DNA of 64,000 bases from Candidatus Saccharimonadota bacterium. Lineage in GTDB: Bacteria; Patescibacteriota; Saccharimonadia; Saccharimonadales; JAXHMH01. Position numbers and translations under genes: made by a program. Below are positions 48,420 through 57,801 of the stretch, one piece after another (the stretch's first letter is position 1; every line of letters begins with the position of its first letter). The stretch spans positions 152,379 through 216,378 of the forward strand of contig JAXHMH010000002.1 in NCBI GenBank assembly GCA_034521515.1, written 5' to 3'. The notes under the pieces are model-generated. The model was given only the letters and a program-made list of their open reading frames with translations, searched no databases and had not been told where the DNA came from.

Positions 48420-50170
48420 GTAAAGCGTGTTAAGTGAAGTGTCTTGGACTGATGTCCAGGTTTCGCCGTCGGAGCTTGTCATAACGCGGTTGGTGCCACT
48501 ATATGCTACGGCTACAAACGTACCGTTGCCGTAGGTGACAGAGCGCCAGCTGTTAGCTTCGGCGGCGGCGTGAGCGGCCAGGTTTCGCCGTCGCTGGAAG
48601 TCATGACACGGTTGGTACCGTCATCAGCTACGGCTACAAACGTACCGTTGCCGTAGGTGACAGAGCGCCAGCTGTCAGCTTCGGCGGCGGCGTGAGCGGT
48701 CCAGGTTTCGCCGTCGGAGCTTGTCATAACGCGGTTGGTGCCACCTACACGCTACGGCTACAAACGTACCGTTGCCGTAGGTGACAGAGCGCCAGCTGTT
48801 AGCTTCGGCGGCGGCGTGAGCGGTCCAGGTTTCGCCGTCGCTGGAAGTCATGACACGGTTGGTACCGTCATCAGCTACGGCTACAAACGTACCGTTGCCG
48901 TAGGTGACAGAGCGCCAGCTGTTAGCTTCGGCGGCGGCGTGAGCGGTCCAGGTTTCGCCGTCGGAGCTTGTCATAACGCGGTTGGTGCCATCGTGAGCAA
49001 CCGCAACAAATGTACTATTACCATAAGCAACGTCACTCCAATCCGCAGGGATGCCTGTATATGGTACCCACGCGGTGCTTGTCATTTCGGCAGCCACATA
49101 CAATCTTGCGTCTGTGGTCTCAGCCGACCCTACTGATAGACTCATGGAGCTTGTGTTCGCGTTAAGTAGCGTACTGTTCCCCGCGGCATTCTGCACGGTG
49201 AAGCTACTCGTAGAGTCTGCTTTTACATTAACGCTGCCATTCAAGCTCGTTCTGCCCTGGACATTCAATGCTAAACCTTCTGAAATGTCACTCGTCATGA
49301 CGCGGTTGGTGCCACTGCTTGCAACAGCGACGAAGCGACCGTTGCCGTACGTAAATGAGTTCCACCAGTTGGCCTCAACAGCGGAATATGGAGTCCAGAG
49401 TAAGGCCGTCTGGGGAGGTCATAACGATACTTTTCGCGGCAATTGCTATAAATGTACCATTTCCATACGCCACATTATCCCACGCATCAAGTTTGCTATC
49501 TGGCGTATTCGCAAACCAGGTTACGCCGTCGGTACTCGTCATAACACGGTCGCTTGACTCACTGCTGCCACCATTCCCTGCTACTGCAACAAAGAGACCA
49601 TCGCCATAGGTGACCGACTGCCAATCATTGTCTACCACGGCAGTCTGAGTAACCCAGCTAACACCGTCAGAACTGGTCATAACGTGATTAGTGCCATCGC
49701 CTGTCACAGCCACATAAACACCATTGCCATAGGTAACTGAGCTCCAGTAGTTGGCTTCAGCGGCGGTACGGGTGGCCGACGTTTCGCCGTCTGGGAGGTC
49801 ATGACGTGGTTGGTGCCACTGCTTGCCACCGCCACAAACTGGCCGTTGCCATAGGTGACGGATTGCCAGCGCCAGCTTCGGCGGCGGTGACGGGGGTGGC
49901 CCAGGTTATGCCGTCTGGGGAGGTCATGACGCGGTGCTGGGGTGCCTTCCCAGGAAACTGCGACGAAGGTGCCGTTGCCGTAGGTGACAGAGCGCCAGCT
50001 GTTAGCTTCGGCGGCGGTACGGGCAGTCCATGTTTCGCCGTCTGGGGAGGTCATGACGCGGTTGGTGCCACTGCTTGCGACGGCCACGAAGATGCCGTTG
50101 CCATAGGTGACGGATTGCCAGCTGTTAGCTTCGGCGGCGGTACGGTGGTCCCCACGTTTCGCCACCGGTA
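48420..50170 (-). repeat. About 14 tandem 123-bp Asp-box-like blade repeats, the same family as 11800-13735, interrupted by frameshifts
   Basis: Fragments translate to ..WRSVTYGNGTFVAVADDGTNRVMTSSDGETWTAHAAAEANS.. across four or more different ORF pieces. Confidence 0.8.
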
Positions 50171-53100
50171 CCATACGTAAAGCTTGTTGCATCTACGTTT
50201 AATCGTGCTATCGGATTATTGCTGCCAATCCCAACACTCATATTCTGAGTATCGGCAGTAAACAGGCTGGAACCAGAAGTATTTTGAATCTGGAAAGCTT
50301 CTGTGGTATCAGTGCCGTTCTGAATCACTACACCGCCGGTTGTACTCCCTAATACAAGGTTGTTGGTCTGGTTATCAAAGTGCATGGTGCCGTAGTTAGT
50401 GCTGTCTGTGCCTACCTTGATGGTGGATGAGGCTTCGAGGACACCGGTCTTAACACTGCGGCTACCCAGGCCAGCTCGTGGGGTGTACTCAGTCGTGTCA
50501 TCGGCTATGCCGTTAAAGCTGACCCAGCCGTAGTTCTCGCTCCAGGCGTAGCCGGTGTATTCACCGGTGTCTGGGTCGTGAGTGACACCACCGTCGGTTG
50601 GGTCCAGGTTAATCCAACCAGTAGCGGTGTTCCAGGCAAAGCCGGATAGTTCACCGGTGGTTGGGTTACGGTTGACACCGTAGTCTGTTTCATCTGTGTT
50701 GGCGTAGGTGTGCTCACCGCCTCCTGTGTATGTACCAAAGCTAATCCAGCCGGTGGTTTCGCCCCAGGCCATGCCTTCTAGGTGGTCTGGGTAGACGCGG
50801 ACGTCATACATCGTGCCAGGCTCTAGGTTAATCCAGCCAGTTGCAGCACTCCAGACGTAGTGATGTTCGCCGTCTGAGGTTGGGGAGACGTCTACTTCCC
50901 CACCAGTGAACTTTGGTGCGTGAACGGTTGTGGTGACTCTGCACCTCTTCTTTGGTGGTGTCGTAGCCGAGGGTAGGCGTCGTTGCCATGACTGTGCCAA
51001 TGTTGCATGGAGTTTGGCACGGACGTAGACGTCTTGCCGACGGTTGGTGCTCGGAGCCAAGGTCGTAGGTGTCATCCGCGCTTGGTCGTAGGATTAGAGT
51101 TAATACCGGCGTTTACTGTCAGTGTGTTAGATGAGTTGGTGCCAAGTACCGTATTACCGTCTACGTCTACGTTGGTAGTAAAGCTGCCTCCGGCCGGTTA
51201 CATCAAGATCACCGCCGGCTAGAATAAGATCGTTGCTGGTGTCTAGGGTAAGTGTGCCGGTGCCTTGGAGGAGTGTGGAGTCAACCACGTTCTGAGCAGC
51301 GTCGAACATAGCTAGACGGTTGGCGGTGCCAAGAGCCGGTGACTAGGCTACCACCGTCACTCGAAGTCACCCGTAGTTATTTGTGTGCCGTTAACCCGGT
51401 AGACGCCGGTTGTGTTTACATCTCCGTCGACATCCAGGGTGTATTGTGGGCTGATGACTGGAGCCATGGTCGACTCTGAGGTGTGGGCGTTGGTGGTGCC
51501 GACTCGCATCGTAGACTGTGGGGCGTGCTGGTGCCGAACTGGTGGTGTACCAGGGGAGTACCAGCGTGAGGCGCCGTCAACTGGTGGTACCGGGCCGACT
51601 TAGCTGCATTGGTGGGGAGATGGAGCCGTTTGAGCGTCGTTGGAGCCGGATCGTTATAGCGGACAGCTGACTGCTGGTGCCATGATGGTAGCAGTCGGCA
51701 GCATCAGCCATCAGGCGAGCCTGCACGCCTGCGGCGTTTTGGATTTGGAAGGCGGTGGTGGAGTTGGAGGGTGTCGAGTAGGGCTTCGCCGGTATTCAAC
51801 GGCTTAAGACTGTATGGTCTGTGGCGAGGAGTTCTAGCCGTAATTGTCCTGGGCGCTGTGACTCGTTTGCACCGAATGTGTCACCACCTTGACTGATGTT
51901 GCCACTGGTATCTGTGACACAATCTAGCCAGGCACCGTTTTCGTAGCAACGGAAGGTGTTGGACGTGGTATCGTAGTACGTGGCGCCGTTGACGCCGGTT
52001 GGGAGAAGAGTCAGAACCAAGCACAAGGGCAGTGCCAAACAATCGATATACGATTATTAGTGGTGTTAGCGGTAAGAGATTGGTAGTACCTGCGGCGTTT
52101 TGGATTTGGAAGGCAGTTGTAGAGTCTGTTTGGTTCTGGAATAGAGCTTGGCCGGCGACATCTAAGCCAGCATCTATAGCAACGGTTGAACCTGATTGGC
52201 TTATCAATGAGTCTATAACGGTGTTGTTATCATCAAACACTGGGATAGTGCCGGCAGTACCTGTGCCTACTGCCCAAGAAACATGAATACTGCCATCGCC
52301 CTCATTTCCTACCTCCACACCCATACCGGCGGGTACAAGCGATGACCCGCCGCCACCGCCGCCGCCACTATAAGTGCTTCCACCAGAGTCACCGGCACCG
52401 CCACCGTAATAACCGCCGCCACCGCCGCCACCGGCTGTATAACTAGTACATGTTGGGCAAGCATCGCCACCTACACCAAGTACACCATCTTCGCCATCGC
52501 CGTTGCCGGCACCACCTTCAGTTTGCGTACCTCCCTCGCCAGGATAACCACCATTCTGGCCAGCTTGTCCATTATGGTCACCGCCATGTCCGCCGTATTT
52601 ATTACCGTACCAGCCACTACCGCCGCCGCCGCCACCAGCAACCACGATACGATCGGTTAAGCCCGTACCTCCGCGACGTATATCGGTTGCACCACCACCG
52701 CCACCGCCAGTACGAAAATCGCTGTAACTATCTCCTCCACCGTTCCAGCCACCTGTAGGCGTACCTCCCGCGCCTCCTACGTAAAAATACAACGTCTCTC
52801 CTGGCGTAACATCCATGGTGCCAGATACAATTGCACCATCGCCGCCTCCAGTACCACTTTCAGCTGATACACCCCCTTCAGCACCTCGTAATTCAACAAA
52901 AATCTCGGTAACGCCAGCTGGTACGGTAAACTGTTGCATAGCCGACACGGACTCAAAAGTTTGACTACCAGCCTCTCCCGGAGTTAATACAAACGTACCT
53001 GTCGTATTGGGTAGTAAGTATGCCTGATCTGCAGTCAATGTAGCCGATTGTATGGTCGCACCGTTATTACTGAACCCGTCACCCAGCGTCAACAGGCCTT

Positions 53101-54629
53101 GCGTAACTGTGCCACTACTAGCAATTCTACCTAGTGTCAACCGTGCACCTGTTTCATTAAACGACGCGTTGACATTGCCGTCGCTATCTTGCAGCTGTAA
53201 TAAATCGGCGGTTTGTCCTGATGTGCCCTGCACAAGCAGGCCAGTATTGGTGCTTCCGCCTGTGGCAAGCGCGGTCTGAGCCGAGCTGTCAGCAGTGGAA
53301 AGCGTGTTTACACTGAGCGTGTTTGCCGGAGCAACGTTATTTATGCCTACCTGCCCGGTGTTTGAGACGGTCATACGGATGGTGTCGTTCGTCTTGATAT
53401 TCACATCACCGTCATTAACGGTACCGAGTACCATGGCAACGCTGCCGCCAAGATCATTGCCCCCTTGCAATATATCGCCGTAGCCTGCGGTGCCCCCTAT
53501 ACAATTGCCGGCAAACGTACAGACATTGTCACCGCTTTGCTGCAAGGTGCCGGTAAAGTTGGCCGTGGTGGCGTCATACAGTGCCACGTTCGAGCTTAGT
53601 CTGGCATCGGCCAGGGTGCCGGTGGTGATGTTTGTCGCGTGAAGGTCGGTCAGGCCGGAGCCGTCGCCCTCAAAGCTGCCGGCAATGATGGTGCCGGTGA
53701 GGTTGATGTGGCCGGTTTGGGGAGTGCCTGGAGTGGAGGCTTGTAGTAAAGCAAGCGTCCCACTGGCATCAGGTAGCAGAATTGATGGGTCGTTGGTGAT
53801 GGAGCTGAAGTTGAGGCTGCCGCGGTTGGTGCCGTCGTCTTGGTTGAGCTGGCCGGCACTTAGGGCGTGGGGTATGGCGGTTAGTTTGATTCTGGGGGTC
53901 ATCTCACCATCCCAGGTGGGAGAGCCAGTACCGCCGATGTTCATACTGAGCCATAGGTCTTGGTCCCAGTTGATGTCTGGCAGGCTGGTGACGGAACCCA
54001 GGTTGACGCTGAAGTAGCCGTTTCTAACCGTGACTTGGTCAGTGCTGGTGCGGGTTTCGCGCCAGGCACAGCTGCCGGAACAGCTGCCTTGGGCGCCACC
54101 AGTGTTGGTGGCATGATCGTGTAGTTTGAATTCTAGGTTGTAGGTGCCGTCAGGGACTATGTTGCCGGCACTGTTGTACAGACGGGCTTGGAAGTTGAGG
54201 TATTCACTAGTGGCGGCAGAGGTGGATTGCAGGGGTGGAATTAGGATTGACCAAACAAACAAAAACAGCACAAACAATAGCCCTGAGAGCCAGAGCTTGG
54301 CTGTGTTGAAAGGTAGGCGGTGTGACCGCTGTTTTTGGAACATTTGTTTTTGTTTTTTGGTTTGTTTTGGTTTTTTGTTTAAAAACCGTGACTTCATTAT
54401 CCTTCACTTAACAGATAGTATCAAGGGTGAATGTACACATAATTAACTCAATTATAAATCAATTATTTTTATCAAATTAATATAATTATATGTTGTTATT
54501 AGTACTACTACATCGACCTTTCTTACCTGTTTTTGTATAAAATATACTGTACGTATAATTGTTTTTATATATAAAATATTGATGTATTTATAACTACTAC
54601 ACTATAATTTCATAGAATTATTGTAATGG

Positions 54630-54638
54630 TTATCCACA
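54630..54638 (+). promoter_or_regulatory. TTATCCACA motif, copy 3, about 290 nt upstream of ATG 54343
   Basis: atgGTTATCCACAAgc. On the minus strand TTGTTGgctTGTGGATAAccatTACAAT (16-nt spacing) resembles a promoter with the motif in its spacer. It sits at the edge of a ~250-bp strongly AT-rich tract (54400-54660). Confidence 0.5.
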
Positions 54639-54689
54639 AGCCAACAAGACAAACTATCCATTTTTAAAGCAGTTTTAAGCCATCACCCT

Positions 54690-54730
54690 CTAACCCGACT
54701 GACAAGGTCAAACCTTGTCAGTCGGGTTAG
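54690..54730. repeat. REP-like palindrome (CTAACCCGACTGACAAGGT-caa-ACCTTGTCAGTCGGGTTAG), related to type 2 through its AAGGT/ACCTT core
   Basis: 19-bp perfect stem read directly. Confidence 0.8.
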
Positions 54731-54774
54731 GGTTTATCATTTAAGTTTAATATCCAAGTGTAGTACGTCTTATC

Positions 54775-54802
54775 TAAACGCGCCAGTCGACTGGCGCGTT
54801 TA
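54775..54802. repeat. REP-like palindrome type 1, copy 2 (TAAACGCGCCAGTC|GACTGGCGCGTTTA)
   Basis: Perfect 28-bp palindrome, identical to 43192-43219 except for one central base. Confidence 0.85.
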
Positions 54803-55066
54803 CTGTACGCAAGCAAACCTACTCGGTTGCTTCATATGAGCCACTTTGCATTAAAAAATATGGGCGGTTCTGCGCACTACTGTATGAGTCCTCACAAGGG
54901 CTTTGTACCATAGGAAACAAATAAAACAGACAGGATTTAAACCCACTGGGTTAAGTTATATTGTCGATCCCTACTACAAAAAATACTTTACTTAACTAAG
55001 TTTATTAGTTTTTGGAGCATGTGTTCCATTTTGTTAAGGGTGTATCTAACTTCGGTTTTGGTATGC

Positions 55067-55081
55067 CAAGGTCTGACCTTG
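55067..55081. repeat. Short type 2-like palindrome CAAGGTC-t-GACCTTG
   Basis: Read directly. It shares the AAGGTCnGACCTT core with 43278-43296 and 43951-43969. Confidence 0.6.
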
Positions 55082-55131
55082 TCAGTAGATACGATCATTT
55101 TCCTTCCGGGAAAATAGCACGGTCCGCAAAG

Positions 55132-55162
55132 AAAAAAGACCTCCTGTTCGGAGGTCTTTTTT
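55132..55162. terminator. Bidirectional terminator-like hairpin (A6-GACCTCC-tgttc-GGAGGTC-T6)
   Basis: Stems at 55138-55144 and 55150-55156, flanked by A and T runs. Confidence 0.65.
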
Positions 55163-55257
55163 ATAATTTGGCGCCCCAAGGTCAAGCCTAAAGTTTTAGG
55201 CTTGACCGGCTATTTTCGATTATTTTCTTCTTGGGAAAATAGCACGGCGCATATGCC

Positions 55258-55291
55258 TTTAAAAGAGAAAAGCCATCCTATTCGGATGGCT
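55258..55291 (-). terminator. Rho-independent terminator immediately after 5S rRNA
   Basis: The minus strand reads AAGCCATCC-gaata-GGATGGCTT followed by TTCTCTTTT. Confidence 0.8.
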
Positions 55292-55301
55292 TATTCTATA
55301 A

Positions 55302-55413
55302 TTTGGCGCCGTGCTATTTTCCCAGGGGTGAACCCCAAGTATTGTAACCGCTGCGAGGCTTAACTGCTGTGTTCGGCATGGGAACAGGTGTCTCCCTCGC
55401 GCTATGGGCACCA
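55302..55413 (-). rRNA. rrf: 5S ribosomal RNA (about 112 nt)
   Basis: The minus strand reads TTGGTGCCCATAGCGCGAGGGAGACACCTGTTCCCATGCCGAACACAGCAGTTAAGCC..GGGAAAATAGCACGGCGCCAA. It has the conserved CCCATGCCGAAC..GTTAAGC core, and helix I pairs the two ends. Confidence 0.93.
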
Positions 55414-55428
55414 ACGACGACAGTCGTT

Positions 55429-55490
55429 GAGTTAAAAGTGAAAAGTAACAAGTTAAAAGTCTTTATACCTTAAAACTTTAACACTTTGTA
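55429..55490 (-). repeat. AU-rich hairpin element, family 2, in the 23S-5S spacer
   Basis: agttaaaagtgaaaagtaacaagttaaaagtctttataccttaaaactttaac.. is homologous by eye to the 23S insertion at 59797-59868 (shared aagttaaaag..ctttata..ttaaaacttta). Confidence 0.6.
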
Positions 55491-55654
55491 CTCGCGCCGA
55501 CAGGCGCTTGTTGATGTCCATTTATATCATTTGTGATAATACGGCAATTTAGCCGTATATCATTCGTGATGTATCGCACGTCTGATGTGAAATGTTAAAG
55601 CCCTTCGACAATGCTCAGGGCAGGCAAACCCAGCTAAAATTCTTGAGACTCCGT

Positions 55655-55794
55655 AATCTGATTACAGACTACTTCGCTCAGGAATTTCTACTGGACAGGC
55701 ATGGTGTGTGATACACACCAACAACTAGTCAATCCCCGCACCAAAGTCTTGATGCTACACAATCTGGTTACAGACTGCTTCGCTACAGGATTTT
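55655..55794 (-). repeat. Two ~33-nt direct repeats in the 23S-5S spacer
   Basis: aatctgattacagactacttcgctcaggaattt (55655-55687) and aatctggttacagactgcttcgctacaggatttt (55761-55794). Confidence 0.7.
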
Positions 55795-55964
55795 GTGCGG
55801 GATAAATGCACTTTCCTCCATAACGATCAGGCTTATGCAGATAAACTGCGACCTGATTGTTATGGTCGTAAAAAGTCAATGGGACTATTAGTACTTCTCA
55901 CCTCAATGCGTCACCGCACTTTCAGTTAAAGCCTATCAAACTGATCGTCTTTCAGTGTCCTCTA

Positions 55965-56131
55965 GGAGCCTGCCTGCAAAACTTACTCTGGCTAAAACCA
56001 GTATATTTTGGGCTGCAAAATATAAAATGTTCGTCAACGTACCTTATAGGTATGCATCCTCGCATTTTAACTTTTTCGCTCCAAAATCTACCAAGTTTTA
56101 CCTTGATAAGTAAGCCTTACAGGCAGGCTCC
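55965..56131 (-). other. 167-nt hairpin insertion in 23S at the helix-98-equivalent site, closed by 12-bp perfect inverted repeats
   Basis: GGAGCCTGCCTG (55965-55976) and CAGGCAGGCTCC (56120-56131). The flanks align by eye with E. coli ..TCCCTGAC..|..GAAGACGACGACGTTGATAGGC. Confidence 0.7.
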
Positions 56132-56245
56132 AGGGAAATCTAATCTTGGGTGAGGCTTCGCGCTTAATATGCTTTCAGCGCTTATCCTTTCCGCACATAG
56201 CTACCCAACCATGCCATTGGTATGACAATTGGTACACCAGCGGTG

Positions 56246-56277
<32 letters not shown>

Positions 56278-56330
56278 CTCCCCTCAAATTTCCTATCGTC
56301 CACAGCGGATATAAACCGAACTGTCTCACG

Positions 56331-57133
56331 CGTGTACATCTTAAGGTGTTCATGTCTTAAGACTTATCCTCCATTACTGAAGGCACGGACTATATCTTCA
56401 CCCTTCTTTATGTATTAAAGTTAGGGGCTGACGTATTATAGGTCACTGGTTGTGAGTCCTATCTCTCTGTCTGGTCTAGTGACAGATCAGTCTCTACGGG
56501 GACAAGTAAGCCACGCTCCTGCAAAAAAGTGATGACTTGTGCGTATCCGTTAGTGCGTTTCTTTGAATAGTTAAATGTAGCGGTCTTATCGACCAGCTCA
56601 CTTAACCGCACCAACCTTCTGGCGGTCATTTTTCGTTGCTCGGGATGTTGTTTGATTAATCTCAAGACATCTCTAGCGAGCACTTTTTTGAGTCGAAGAA
56701 AGGGATACAGAAGCAACAATACATGTTCTACTTCTCTTAAGCCGACTATGGTGTATTCGCTCATCCCGTCAGGGCGTCGGCGAACATATCCGTAGCCTAG
56801 CTGCTCCTTCAGCCAAAGGAGAAAATCTTGATGGTTTGTTTTCTGGTAGAAAACAACACTAACTCTAATCTGAAAACCCAATCGATAATCCTTGCGGCTT
56901 ATCAATTGCGCCATAATTGAGCCATCTCCATCTAAGAATCCAGCTATGTAGGCCTTTTCTTCATCTTGCATGGTCATTACTGTCTTCCCTCGGTATTGCC
57001 CTCTGGATCGTTCGTTTATCCAGGTGGGGTTTCACCGATATTAGTCAGATTTAGTGTTTTTTTCGCTATAAAGCGAAGATGCGATGTACATCAACACATT
57101 ACCACTTTTCAGTGGTAGAACGCAATGTAATTT
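56331..57133 (-). mobile_element. Group I intron (about 803 nt) in 23S inserted after the U2593 equivalent (the I-CreI-type site)
   Basis: The conserved exon GGGTTCAGAACGT ends at 57134 and resumes as CGTGAGACAGTTCGG at 56330. The 5' exon ends in U and the insert ends in G, as expected for group I. The insert contains a LAGLIDADG ORF. Confidence 0.8.
56459..56977 (-). CDS. Single-motif LAGLIDADG homing endonuclease (I-CreI-like), 172 aa, intron-encoded
   Basis: KAYIAGFLDGDGSIMAQL.., size and context. This is the only convincing ORF within the rRNA genes. Confidence 0.88.
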   Translation of the reverse strand: MTMQDEEKAYIAGFLDGDGSIMAQLISRKDYRLGFQIRVSVVFYQKTNHQDFLLWLKEQLGYGYVRRRPDGMSEYTIVGLREVEHVLLLLYPFLRLKKVLARDVLRLIKQHPEQRKMTARRLVRLSELVDKTATFNYSKKRTNGYAQVITFLQERGLLVPVETDLSLDQTER

Positions 57134-57141
57134 ACGTTCTG

Positions 57142-57188
<47 letters not shown>

Positions 57189-57202
57189 AAGATGCTCCAC
57201 CT

Positions 57203-57237
<35 letters not shown>

Positions 57238-57269
57238 AGCGCCGTCTATGTGAACTATTGGGCGCTATA

Positions 57270-57301
<32 letters not shown>

Positions 57302-57519
57302 GTGCGTCGTCGATCCCACGTTCATGTACAAATGTACGTACGACGGGTCACTAGCTCCCACTTTCGTGTCTGTTTGGCTCGTAGGCCTCACAGTCAAGCT
57401 GGCTTATGCGCTTGCACTATCAGTTCGATTTCCATCCGAACTTAGCCAACCTTTGAACGCCTCCGCTACTCTTTAGGAGGCAACCGCCCCAGTTAAACTA
57501 CCCACCAGACACTGTTCCC

Positions 57520-57650
57520 GAACCGGAAATTACCAACAATTTCCGGTTCAGTTAACGGCTGACAGTATACAGACAACAGTCTTTAAACTGTTTACTGTTA
57601 ACCATCTACTGTTAACCTGCGGAAAATTGTTAACAATTTTCGGCTCAGGT
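57520..57650 (-). other. ~130-nt insertion in 23S domain V built from hairpins
   Basis: AACCGGAAATTaccaacAATTTCCGGTT and CGGAAAATTGTTAACAATTTTCGG hairpins lie between conserved GAAATACCACCC and GGAACAGTGTCTGGTGGGTAGTTT. Confidence 0.6.
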
Positions 57651-57769
57651 GAGTACAAGATCGTAACAAGGGTGGTATTTCACCGGTGGCTCCACCTACG
57701 CTAGCGCGTAGGCTTCAAAGCCTCCCACCTATCCTACACATGTTACGACCCGGCACAATGTCAAGCTGT

Positions 57770-57801
<32 letters not shown>

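Larger units (their letters stand above)
44039..54343 (-). pseudogene. Fragmented fourth giant surface-protein paralogue (D): intact 5' (~2.4 kb) and 3' (~2.3 kb) parts, multiply frame-disrupted middle
   Basis: The 5' ORF is 51881-54397 (homologous start ATG 54343). The 3' ORF is 44039-46315, with LVIVD repeats, the MAM domain FEASFDDW..DDQDWTRNSGTTTSSGTGP..DMALDEIEI and a C-terminal domain. In between, the same coding direction is split over ORF fragments in shifting frames: 51796-52038, 50125-51075, 49704-50192, 49375-49713, 48675-49298, 48512-48727, 48006-48482, 47036-48073, 46695-46928, 46396-46722 and 46122-46451. No ORF of 60 aa or more exists in 51.1-51.8 kb. By eye, 51.72-51.90 kb differs from 16.49-16.67 kb of the intact gene by several 1-3 nt indels plus substitutions. 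Confidence 0.7.
55106..55322. repeat. Two tandem modules downstream of 5S, each made of GGGAAAATAGCACGG, a terminator hairpin and ATAATTTGGCGCC, reusing the 5S 3'-terminal sequence
   Basis: Module A is 55106-55175 and module B is 55231-55309. GGGAAAATAGCACGGCGC at 55233-55250 is the exact inverted copy of the 5S 3' end (plus strand GCGCCGTGCTATTTTCCC at 55305-55322). A 13-bp hairpin GGTCAAGCCTAAA/TTTAGGCTTGACC at 55180-55207 separates the two modules. Confidence 0.7.

Noticed and set aside
54400-54660. A ~250-bp strongly AT-rich tract next to a perfect DnaA box considered as a replication origin
   Set aside because: There is only one perfect box plus a weak partial, and no dnaA/dnaN nearby. 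Identical boxes sit upstream of the two other giant-gene paralogues, which points to a promoter-associated motif instead.
54988-55185. 65-aa minus-strand ORF downstream of the 5S region
   Set aside because: It is composed entirely of the palindromic and terminator modules and has no RBS. It is almost certainly non-coding.
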